Of a DNA stretch of 64,000 nucleotides, positions 9,543 to 18,043 are shown one piece after another (position 1 is the stretch's first letter; the number at the start of each line of letters is the position of its first letter). The notes below the pieces were generated by a model. The model was not told the origin of the DNA. It ran no database searches and was given only the letters and a program-made list of their open reading frames with translations. The position numbers and the translations under genes were made by a program. The DNA comes from Candidatus Latescibacterota bacterium (GTDB taxonomy: Bacteria; Latescibacterota; UBA2968; UBA8231), in the NCBI GenBank assembly GCA_965248265.1, contig CBDFJF010000001.1, positions 1,824,001 to 1,888,000 of the forward strand. The letters run 5' to 3'.

Positions 9543-10487
9543 CTAGTCGGCGAAGCTCGCTTTGATACGCCCCCAGGAGTTGCTCTCAACTGCCGTGATA
9601 GGAGATGCGGCCGCACCGCAGTCACCGGTGTTGCAGGAAATCAACTCGCCGTCGACAAAATTGTCGGCCTCCCTCCACGTCAGTGGTTGTCCTGATAACG
9701 TGTGGTACCCGTGGAACAAGAACAGGTCATCACAGGCGAAACAACCAGCGTCGAAGTCTGGGATCGACACCTGGAACCCGAGGATCTTGCCGGCGACCAA
9801 TTCCGTGCGCCTGCTGCGCTCCGGTCCACGCCAGTCCAACTCGTCCCAGGGGGTGATGAACATTTCGATCACGGACGTGTTGGGTGATTCCTGATTGTCG
9901 GTAAAACCGCCGGCATTGGAAAAAGGTGGGGCGATTGCCCAGGTCGCGGCGCCTCCGTATCCCAGGGTGTTGTTGTCGGGAGATACGGCGATGGCGAAGT
10001 ATTGCTGGGCTTGAAAACCAGACAGCAACTTCGCTTCTTCAGCTCCGAAGCCGTCCTCTTCGAGGTATCGGTTGTACTTGCCCCCGGTATGATCGCCATC
10101 TACCATGAATTCGATACTGTCATACTGCCACACGTTGCCCAGATCCCCACCTTCGTAGGTATTGACGTAGACGTCATCCACGCGCTCTATGGCCACGTAT
10201 AGATGGTTGCCGGCGCTGTGCCAGGCCATGAACACGCGATAGGCCAGGTCGGCCGTGTCGATACCGGCCCCGTCGTTGACATTCAGAGGTGCAAACTGGT
10301 CCTGATTCAGCGAAAACGTAGGCAAGACCTCTACCCAATCATCGAGGCTGCCATCGTGAATATCGGGTAACTCATCCGTCGATAGTTCGAATATCGGGAA
10401 TGGTTGTCCTCCACCCACGTGCGCTGACGCAGCTTGACTAATGATAACGAGCACAACTATGCAACTCGGGACTGTGAGGCGCGTCAT
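9543..10487 (-). CDS. Secreted CBM9/DOMON-like sugar-binding-fold protein with a C-terminal TAVExxSWGRIK tail
   Basis: ATG at 10487 follows a GAGGAGGAG RBS, and the signal ends AASA-H. CBM9_1-like motifs are HDGSLDDW, MAW..LYVA..DD, DSIEFMVDGDH and E..I..P..GFQVSIPDFD. The protein ends ITAVESNSWGRIKASFAD. Confidence 0.65.
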   Translation of the reverse strand: MTRLTVPSCIVVLVIISQAASAHVGGGQPFPIFELSTDELPDIHDGSLDDWVEVLPTFSLNQDQFAPLNVNDGAGIDTADLAYRVFMAWHSAGNHLYVAIERVDDVYVNTYEGGDLGNVWQYDSIEFMVDGDHTGGKYNRYLEEDGFGAEEAKLLSGFQAQQYFAIAVSPDNNTLGYGGAATWAIAPPFSNAGGFTDNQESPNTSVIEMFITPWDELDWRGPERSRRTELVAGKILGFQVSIPDFDAGCFACDDLFLFHGYHTLSGQPLTWREADNFVDGELISCNTGDCGAAASPITAVESNSWGRIKASFAD

Positions 10488-10644
10488 TTCGCTCCTCCTC
10501 TTGTCAATTGTGATGGCGATCACGTCTCCGACGGAGAGGCGTGATCAAAGCAAGACCATGTGCGTCGGGGCGGACTCAGGCCTAACCTATTACTGGCCAG
10601 CCACTTAGTAACTAGTAACAGCCATCGTTCAAGATAGTCACGGA

Positions 10645-12623
10645 GTGAGACAGATACAACACATCAATTGCCGGGCCCATTCCCATTCCCAGGGCTTATT
10701 TCAGTGGGGAGTCCTGGTAGCCGTGCTCCTGTCCGCGAGCGGTGACATCGGATGCGGACGGGAACCGGAACACCGTCCGAACCCAGTGCGCGAGAGCGTG
10801 GTTGATCATCTGGACGCAGGCAGCGGCCTCAGCAGTCCCAGAACCCGCCAGGGTATAGCGCTCCCCTCAGGCGACATCTGGGTGGCGACGGAGAAAGCCC
10901 TTGATCGACTGCGAGACGGCAGGTTTGTAGACAGCTACGATCATTCCCATCCTGCACCGATACCGGTGGGCCGCATAAACGCGATAGCCACGGACGGGAC
11001 GGGTGCAACCTGGATCGGCACCTCGGACGGGCTGGTCCGCTTCGAGGACGGCGCGTTTACGGAGTCGTTTACCGGTCTGCCAGACTCGCGGGTCCTGAGC
11101 TTGCTGTCGACGGATGATGCCATGCTGGTCGGAACCTGGCATGGTCTGGCGCGAATCGCCAATGGCCACCCCAGCGCATCGACCCTCGGTGGCGGATTGC
11201 CGGACCGTCCGGTGACAACCATGCTGGCAGGGGATAGCCTGTGGGTCGGGTTTGCTGACAGCGGTCTCTGGGTTGGCAGCCTGGCAGGTCCATTCACACC
11301 GGTAGTAGAGTCCTGGCAGGACCAGGCGCTGACGGTATCCTCGTTGACCCTGGACCCAGCCGGAGATGTCTGGATCGGAACTTCGGGCGCTGGTCTACTG
11401 CGCTGGCGTTCGTCAGGGACGGTGGAGTCGATTCTGCCCTCAGCGAATATCCTGTCCGCCACCATCGACTCCACTGGGGAAATCTGGGTTGGCTCGAACT
11501 CGGGGGTGTATCGATGGCGCGGATCCAGCCTGTCACAGTGGTCAACACCGCAAGACAGCATCGCCGTGACAGCGTTCGCTCGTCTTGACGATCGAATGCT
11601 TGCTGGTACTTGGGGTGAAGGTCTGCTGAATTGCGATGATATCGGGAACTGCAGCGCCGCCGGCCTCGATGACGGCGAAGTCGTCGATATCGCCGTAATC
11701 GATGGCACGGTCTGGGTGACGACGACGGAGGGGCTCATCGTCGTCGATGATAGGACTGAAACGGGGCCTCGAAACCAGGTACTCAAGGCGTCGCGCTGGG
11801 GTCCATACATCTCGAGCGCGGCGACGTCTGGATCACCGCCGAAAGCGGAGGCTTGTACCAACTCGATCGCCAGGGATCGGTCATTCGGCATTACCATTCC
11901 GGCAACCGTCTCCCGAGAGCCAGAATCCTCAGTCTTGCCTATGACGGTAACATGCACAGCGAAAAGCTGTGGGTCGGCACCGCGCTGGGGTTATTCCATT
12001 TCGACGGGATGCAGTTCACACCCCACGAGCTGCAAGTCCCAGTCTATTGTTTGCACCTAGGCCCGAACGGCGATCTGTGGGTGGGATCTGATTCGGGCCT
12101 GTTCCGGCGGTCTGGACATCATTTCGAGGTCGTGGCAATTCCTGAAACGACAGGTCCGCCGGTTGTCCGAGCGCTCCTGGACGATGGCGACGCCTTGTGG
12201 GTGGGAACCGACGAGGGCCTATACGTCCGCGATGCTCACGGACGTTGGCAGCGAATCGACCGTGAATTGCCCTCCCAGCGCATTCGAGACCTTGCTGTCG
12301 ATGATGATCGACAGGTGTGGATTGCCACGACCGGAGGAATGGCGATGTATTCCGCTGGCAGAGTAGTCACCGTCGGGCAGCCACGGCTGGAGGATTCACC
12401 ATTCACTTGCGTGCTCGTCGATGCCGGTGGCCAGATCTGGATGGGCAGCCTGGCCGATGGTGCCTGGCGTTTTGACGGCCTGGATTACCATCACTACTCT
12501 GCCGGCAACGGCCTGAACAGCAACGCTGTGTGGGACCTGTTCGAGGACCAGCAAGGCGCTGTTTGGCTGGCCACCGACCGCGGCTTGACGAGGATTGCCA
12601 GAGGTGAAGGAGACAGCCTTTGA
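10645..12623 (+). pseudogene. Multi-bladed beta-propeller (Reg_prop-like) exported protein split by one frameshift; true pseudogene or sequence error
   Basis: ORFs 10645..12060 and 11853..12623 both carry D..G..W(I/V)GT..GL blades. The second frame is open from 11760 (GVALGSIHLERGDVWITAESGGLYQLD), while the first frame loses the blade pattern after about 11760. Confidence 0.7.
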
Positions 12624-13789
12624 TCGCCGTTCTCAGCATGATCTTCGTCATCCAGTTGACGACGGCCGTCTGCGCCGGTGAACGAGGAGACCCACTCAAC
12701 CGAGCGGTCCAGCTCGACCGACCGGACCTGCTCGAAGTGCGCGCCGAGCGTCGACCGGGAAGCGGATGGATAGACGTCTCGTACATCACTTCGCAACTGC
12801 TGTCGCCAGCCTGGGTGATCGTCTCAGCTTCTGATGACGGTGGTGATTCCTTCGATCTTCCCGTTCGCAGCGTGGTCGGTGATGTCGGGCGCCTCGATGC
12901 TGGCAACCCCGGGGCGCACAGGTTGCAGTGGCATGCACTCGCAGACGTCCCTGATCTGTTCATCCATGACTGGCGTGTGGAACTGACGATCTCGGAAACG
13001 CCCCCGGTACCCACCTGGCAGGACATGATCCACGTGCCAGAAGGCACGGTAATGATGGGATCAGGTGGGGGGGATGCGGATGAACGCCCGCAGCGTGATG
13101 TCCGGCTCCCAGCATTCTACATCGACCGGTTCGAAACTACCAGCCGAGCCTTCATGTGGTACGTCCAATCCACAGGGAGACGTACGGCGGCCGAGCACGT
13201 CGATAGTTCGCTGATATACGAGGACGGCGGTTATGAGACCGTCCGGGGAGCCTCATGGTGGCGTCCTGAAGGTACTGCGGTCGTTTCACTGGACCATCCC
13301 GTGGTGCAGGTGGACTGGTACGATGCCCAGGCCTACTGCGAATGGGCGGGCAAGCGCTTGCCCACGGAAGCTGAGTGGGAACAGGCCGCCCGCGGCGACG
13401 ATGGCAGGACCTTTGCCTGGGGATGGGAAGGACCAGAGGGCGGCAACCGCGCCAATTTCGGCGATAGTCGCTGCTGCCATGAGAGTGACCGCGATGGCTT
13501 CTTGCGAACAGCTCCGGTGGGAAATTTTCCCCGCGGACGATCGCCCTTCGGAGCCGAGGACATGGCAGGCAACGTCTGGGAATGGGTCGCCGACTGGTAT
13601 GGTGAAGACTACTACTCCACCGGGGCACCTGCGGTGGCGCCAACCGGACCGCGGCGTGGATCAGCACGGGTCTTGCGCGGCGGTTCCTGGATCAGCTACC
13701 CGTTCATGCTACGCGCATCCTACCGCGGTAACCACGAACCAGAAATGCGCCATAATTACGGGGGCTTCCGCTGCGCTCGAACACCCTGA
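12620..13789 (+). CDS. SUMF1/FGE-sulfatase-fold (CLec-like) secreted protein, lacking the FGE catalytic cysteines
   Basis: Motifs FYIDRFETT, HPVVQVDWYDAQAYC, RLPTEAEWE, DMAGNVWEW, RGGSW and GFRCA are present. It has a signal peptide and an N-terminal Ig-like segment. The start overlaps the upstream stop. Confidence 0.9.
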   Translation: MIAVLSMIFVIQLTTAVCAGERGDPLNRAVQLDRPDLLEVRAERRPGSGWIDVSYITSQLLSPAWVIVSASDDGGDSFDLPVRSVVGDVGRLDAGNPGAHRLQWHALADVPDLFIHDWRVELTISETPPVPTWQDMIHVPEGTVMMGSGGGDADERPQRDVRLPAFYIDRFETTSRAFMWYVQSTGRRTAAEHVDSSLIYEDGGYETVRGASWWRPEGTAVVSLDHPVVQVDWYDAQAYCEWAGKRLPTEAEWEQAARGDDGRTFAWGWEGPEGGNRANFGDSRCCHESDRDGFLRTAPVGNFPRGRSPFGAEDMAGNVWEWVADWYGEDYYSTGAPAVAPTGPRRGSARVLRGGSWISYPFMLRASYRGNHEPEMRHNYGGFRCARTP

Positions 13790-13804
13790 GCCGATCCCGA
13801 TCGA

Positions 13805-14704
13805 TCACGGGCTGGCAGGCTGGGTCACACCCTCGCTGTCGGGCTGCTCTTCAGTCTCCTCCCCAACGGCCGGATGAAACCGAATCAGCTTGATTTCGTG
13901 CATACCCGCGCTGAACCTTCCCGCCGCCAACTTGCCGGTGACTGCCGCGCCGGTTCTTCTGGCGTACTGCCTGTCCGTCTCACCAGCGAATCGTGCAATC
14001 GTGGCATCCACGGATCCGTGAAGCATCTTGCCACTCCAAAGGGTGATCGTCACCGGCCGTTGCTCCTGAGCTGAGGAGTATTCTGCGAACTGGATCCTAT
14101 CGACCTTGGCCAGTTTGAGGGTCCTGTTGCTGCGATTGCGCATGTATCGCAGGATCTGCTTTTCTGCCACCAGCAAATCGGTTACCTCGTACAGGCCCCC
14201 ATGCGTGGTTACAACGGCGGCCTTCAAGGCCGGTAACTCACCAGGAACGGGCTCGCCAGCAGGATGCCGAAAACGCACTTCGCGAACATCGTCCAGGGAC
14301 AGCAACCAGGGTCCCAGACTGGTGTTTCCGCTGACGCCGGTCGGAGCCCGGGCACCACCACCAGTGGAGCCGTCACCGATATTCTGGTTGAACGAGGCTC
14401 CATGCCCGCCCGTGAACAGCCTGCCCGCGTCCACGCGACCGGTGCGCAGATGGACCTTGACCGGTCTTTCCTCATCACCGGATGGCCCATCCACGACCAA
14501 CTTATCGATATGGTCAAAACCGGCCGTGCGCCGTTCAGCTCCGACGTAGTACTCGAGTTGGGTCCGGCCCTTGATCCTGATTCCGGACAAATCATGCCGA
14601 TTGCCGAAGCGATCGATCACGGTCGCACCAATCGGTTTGGCGCTGGATGCGGGCGTCGCAACAAGGACCGAAACCGCGATACCGATGAGAATGAAAACCG
14701 GCAT
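13805..14704 (-). CDS. Secreted hypothetical protein made of two tandem homologous halves (Sm/LSm-like pattern)
   Basis: ATG at 14704 gives the signal MPVFILIGIAVSVLVATPASSA. The halves align as ERPVKVHLRTG..LDDVREVRFRHP versus QRPVTITLWSG..MHEIKLIRFHP. Confidence 0.65.
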   Translation of the reverse strand: MPVFILIGIAVSVLVATPASSAKPIGATVIDRFGNRHDLSGIRIKGRTQLEYYVGAERRTAGFDHIDKLVVDGPSGDEERPVKVHLRTGRVDAGRLFTGGHGASFNQNIGDGSTGGGARAPTGVSGNTSLGPWLLSLDDVREVRFRHPAGEPVPGELPALKAAVVTTHGGLYEVTDLLVAEKQILRYMRNRSNRTLKLAKVDRIQFAEYSSAQEQRPVTITLWSGKMLHGSVDATIARFAGETDRQYARRTGAAVTGKLAAGRFSAGMHEIKLIRFHPAVGEETEEQPDSEGVTQPASP

Positions 14705-14726
14705 CAGATGACCTGGCGTCTGCAGC

Positions 14727-15407
14727 CTACTGGTCGTCACCCTCATCATCATCCTGCGTCGTGGAGGTGCCGATCTGGATCGGCGTGATGCGGCCAAAGC
14801 TCACTTCCAGGGGCCGTTGGACGTCGAGACCGCTTGAGGAGTTCTCGACTCGGATCTTGTAATGACCTTCCGGCACGATCAGATGCCGCACATCCGGCGA
14901 GGTCATGGCTCGTCCAAGGATATTGCTCATGTTGTAGTCCATGATCACGAACGGCCGCCGTAACCCGGGGTTGGCCCCGCTCATTATCACCTGGAAACGG
15001 CCGACCCGCACCACCTTCAGGGTCTCCAGCCCCATGCGAATCTCGACATCAGGCACCTCTACGTTGTCGTCGATGTGGGTGTTGACGACGACTTTGTAGA
15101 TCCCCGGGTCGAGGTCCACGATCAGGTTGGTCTCCACCTGACCCGACTGGAACGCACTGGCTGAAAAGGCGGCATGCAGTGGCGTGTCGGAGTACACCTC
15201 CTCCTCGGTCTCCTGGTCGATGATGTAGAAATTGAGCCGCGGTATCCCACCGGCCTCGAGCGTCAGCCTGCCCTTGCCCTGCGGTATAGGACCAGGACCG
15301 TAGTGATCGTATTCGCCGGTCGCTGCACAGGACACCAACAGACTCGTCGTCCATGTCAGCACGCCGGCGACAGCGAGGCTGCGAAAGTGGATACGGATCA
15401 TACGCAT
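14727..15407 (-). CDS. Hypothetical lipoprotein with two beta-sandwich (PEGA/prealbumin-like) units
   Basis: AGGAG RBS lies 8 nt before ATG 15407. Lipobox LVSC is present, with repeated LDPGIYKVVV / VPEGHYKIRV motifs. Confidence 0.65.
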   Translation of the reverse strand: MRMIRIHFRSLAVAGVLTWTTSLLVSCAATGEYDHYGPGPIPQGKGRLTLEAGGIPRLNFYIIDQETEEEVYSDTPLHAAFSASAFQSGQVETNLIVDLDPGIYKVVVNTHIDDNVEVPDVEIRMGLETLKVVRVGRFQVIMSGANPGLRRPFVIMDYNMSNILGRAMTSPDVRHLIVPEGHYKIRVENSSSGLDVQRPLEVSFGRITPIQIGTSTTQDDDEGDDQ

Positions 15408-15565
15408 ACGGTCTACTCCTTGTCGTCGAAAGCTGTTGTTCCCGGCTACTCTACCTGGGCATACGTTCATCCATCGACCATGGAGTGTCAACCTGCGCCG
15501 TAAACCGCCCTCCACGGGGTACAACGCATGAGTGAACGGAGCGTTCCTGGTCGCGCCCTGGCGGA

Positions 15566-16282
15566 TCAGTCTTCCAGGGACCTTGTCCCTGTCTCTTTGA
15601 AACTTAGCGACTCAATCGACTCACCCAGAGCCGACATGACGCTGGCCGTGTCCTCGAATTGGTCCGAGAAAAGCAGCTCACCAACGCGAAAGTGAATCGT
15701 CGACCGCGGCTTCGTCGGCACGTACTCGATCCCGACCGGAACCATAGGTACGCGAATGCCCGACTGCTGCTCTACCGCCACCAGATGCTCGACAATCTCC
15801 TTCTGTAGCACCCCCATCGAATCGGCGTGTCTGGTACCCTCGGGGTGCGAGATCACGCACTCCCCGCTGCGATAGAGCCAGGCGAGATACTCGATCGTAT
15901 CTGAGTTCCGTCTTCGTGCCTCTTCCAGCCGTCGCCGTCTCTCGTCGCGGTCCTTTGCCCGACGGATATCCTTGGGTCGCACAATCCTGACACCGCCAGG
16001 CAATTCCAGGAACGCGGACAACCCCGTCTTCATAACGTAGTTGGCATAGCGGCGGGTGGCCCGGTGGAGGAGAACACCTTCCACCAGTATGTCTCTGTAC
16101 GAGCAGTGCTTGGGCAGTATCAAAGTTGGGCCCGACACGGGAATCCGGTCGCCATCCTCGAGGACCAGGCGGTTGGCCGTCAGCGCCAGTTGGGCCAGTC
16201 TGCGAGCGAAACTGGCGTACAGCAGCTTGCGCTTCAGACGAAAAACGGGAGGTGGTGACTCGACAATACCGGAGTGGGTCAT
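15566..16282 (-). CDS. 1-acyl-sn-glycerol-3-phosphate acyltransferase (PlsC family)
   Basis: HxxxxD (HCSYRD), HPEGTR and VPMVPVGI motifs. Start codon is uncertain (16282 or 16318). Confidence 0.85.
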   Translation of the reverse strand: MTHSGIVESPPPVFRLKRKLLYASFARRLAQLALTANRLVLEDGDRIPVSGPTLILPKHCSYRDILVEGVLLHRATRRYANYVMKTGLSAFLELPGGVRIVRPKDIRRAKDRDERRRRLEEARRRNSDTIEYLAWLYRSGECVISHPEGTRHADSMGVLQKEIVEHLVAVEQQSGIRVPMVPVGIEYVPTKPRSTIHFRVGELLFSDQFEDTASVMSALGESIESLSFKETGTRSLED

Positions 16283-16389
16283 GTAGGCTGGCTGGACGTT
16301 GCGTGGACGACTCCACAAAAAACGAAGGGGCTCCGATCACGAAGCCCCAATCAAAACGGGTGAAGAAAATTTGGCCGCTGAACTGGGCT

Positions 16390-16944
16390 CTACTGGAAGA
16401 GCTCCTTCACCTTGCCCCAGGTGTGAATCTCGACCCTGGTCGTTACGGCCACGGAAGGTATCAGGCTATCGAGCTGATCCAGCTGCGATCCCGCTCCCTG
16501 CAGTCGAACGCCAGTGGCATCCTCGAGAATGAAGTGGTCCTCGCGCGGCCTTGGGCTGTGGGCCAACCACGAAATCACGCTCTCTCCGGCGAGGCGCTCC
16601 ACCTGAGCGCTGCCTTCGGAAACGGTCCTGAACTCTATCGTTCGGTCACCGCGCTCAAGTGCCGTGTTGACATCGACATCCCCTCGGATCACACCCAGTA
16701 CAGAGATCTGAGTAGGGGCACTGCGTACGAGGGATTGCACCTGCAACGCCCGCTCCAGGTGCACATCAATCAAGGGATTGAACACATAGATGAGACGTAG
16801 CGGCGCGGCTGTGTTCCCCGCCTCGGTTACGGACGATTGGCCCTCGCTTGGAACGACCGTGCACAGCAACAGGAACATCATGCTGACGATCCCGATCCTG
16901 TTGTGCCCTCGTATGCTTGATTTTTCGTCCATGGTCTTGGTCAC
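16390..16944 (-). CDS. Secreted hypothetical protein (possible Cys-less thioredoxin-like fold) with a C-terminal TRVExxTWGKVK tail
   Basis: Signal-like hydrophobic stretch, then LIYVF..helix..ISVLGVI..HFILEDATG. The protein ends TTRVEIHTWGKVKELFQ. Confidence 0.6.
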   Translation of the reverse strand: MTKTMDEKSSIRGHNRIGIVSMMFLLLCTVVPSEGQSSVTEAGNTAAPLRLIYVFNPLIDVHLERALQVQSLVRSAPTQISVLGVIRGDVDVNTALERGDRTIEFRTVSEGSAQVERLAGESVISWLAHSPRPREDHFILEDATGVRLQGAGSQLDQLDSLIPSVAVTTRVEIHTWGKVKELFQ

Positions 16945-16963
16945 CAGTTTGTTGAGCCGAATC

Positions 16964-18025
16964 TTATTCGGCCCGAATCGAGAAACCTTTCTTCACCTGC
17001 TCCGCCCCATCCAGCACCCTCACCAAAGATAGATGCGGGTTGAGCACCTGTTCGATTTGTACTACCCCAATCCGCGAGGGCAAGCCGATACCGAGTACCG
17101 TTCCCGTTTGCGGATCCTTGAGCTCTCGACCGCGGTTATACACACCGAATTTGTCGCCGTTTTTGACAGCTTCAGCCGAGCCCACGTTAATATACGCGAC
17201 TGTGCCTTCAATATCTACTATTTGTGGATCAGAGATACTGAATTCAGGCGTGGGCCGGATTAGCCCGCTTATTTGTACGGCCAGATCCTGCAGGCTCTGA
17301 CCGACCGCCTGTCCTATCAGCGTAGTCTGGAACTGCTCTGATCCCCATGCGGATTCACCCATCAGATCAAACTGGCGCTCGAGGGGAACATGCACTGCCG
17401 GATTGACTATGCCTGTCCGCTTCGAATCAACTGCGGCATCGGTATGCGCCTCCCCTACCGAACGACCATCCACCTCGCCGATGAGGTTGACGGTGACGGT
17501 GCTGATACCTTGATAACTGCGGTAACCGCCGAGTGGAACCGTAACTCGTTGCCTTTTCATGGTCAGCACTTCGATCTCCGCCATCACGCTGATATCGGCA
17601 CCCGTCAACCGGGCCAGCTGAATCGCCCGCGCTTTGCCGAACAGGCCCTTTAGCTCATCGTCAGTAAGGTGCTGAACCACGGCATCCACGGGGATGATGT
17701 GCAGAAAATCGAATTTGCGCAGACTGTCACCCAGACCGCGTGCGAACTCGGTTTGAATTGCCCACGGTCCCTTGTGGTCTGTCATATCCCTGAAGGGCAG
17801 CAACAAAACGCGCTGCTTAAGCGGGTCGACGTCCTCCTTCGCTGAGCTGGGAGCAACAGCTGGGGGAGGCTCGGCAACTGTAGACGGCTTGGCCTCATCC
17901 GTTTGAGCGTCTGGGGTATTTCCGGTATACCACTCGCTTGCAGGAGCACAACCCTGGTGGCAGAGCAGAGCAGCCATCAAAAATGCTGCTATGCCCCCCC
18001 CTGAGCGCGCGCTGGATCTCATCAT
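16964..18025 (-). CDS. CsgG/TolB_N-like lipoprotein with a FlgT C-terminal-like domain
   Basis: Lipobox-like HQGC. Motifs RVLLLPFRDMT, AIQLARLTGAD and YINVGSAEAVKNGDKFGVY...KDPQTGTVLG. Confidence 0.7.
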   Translation of the reverse strand: MMRSSARSGGGIAAFLMAALLCHQGCAPASEWYTGNTPDAQTDEAKPSTVAEPPPAVAPSSAKEDVDPLKQRVLLLPFRDMTDHKGPWAIQTEFARGLGDSLRKFDFLHIIPVDAVVQHLTDDELKGLFGKARAIQLARLTGADISVMAEIEVLTMKRQRVTVPLGGYRSYQGISTVTVNLIGEVDGRSVGEAHTDAAVDSKRTGIVNPAVHVPLERQFDLMGESAWGSEQFQTTLIGQAVGQSLQDLAVQISGLIRPTPEFSISDPQIVDIEGTVAYINVGSAEAVKNGDKFGVYNRGRELKDPQTGTVLGIGLPSRIGVVQIEQVLNPHLSLVRVLDGAEQVKKGFSIRAE

Positions 18026-18043
18026 TCCTCCACTCTCTCTTCC

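Noticed and set aside
11790-12060. C-terminal ~90 aa of the 471-aa ORF as a real domain
   Set aside because: It is out-of-frame read-through after the frameshift; the propeller pattern continues in the other frame.
13670-13789. C-terminus of the FGE/CLec-fold gene as a diversity-generating retroelement variable region
   Set aside because: I saw no template repeat differing at adenines and no reverse transcriptase in the window. A remote DGR cannot be excluded, but nothing here supports it.
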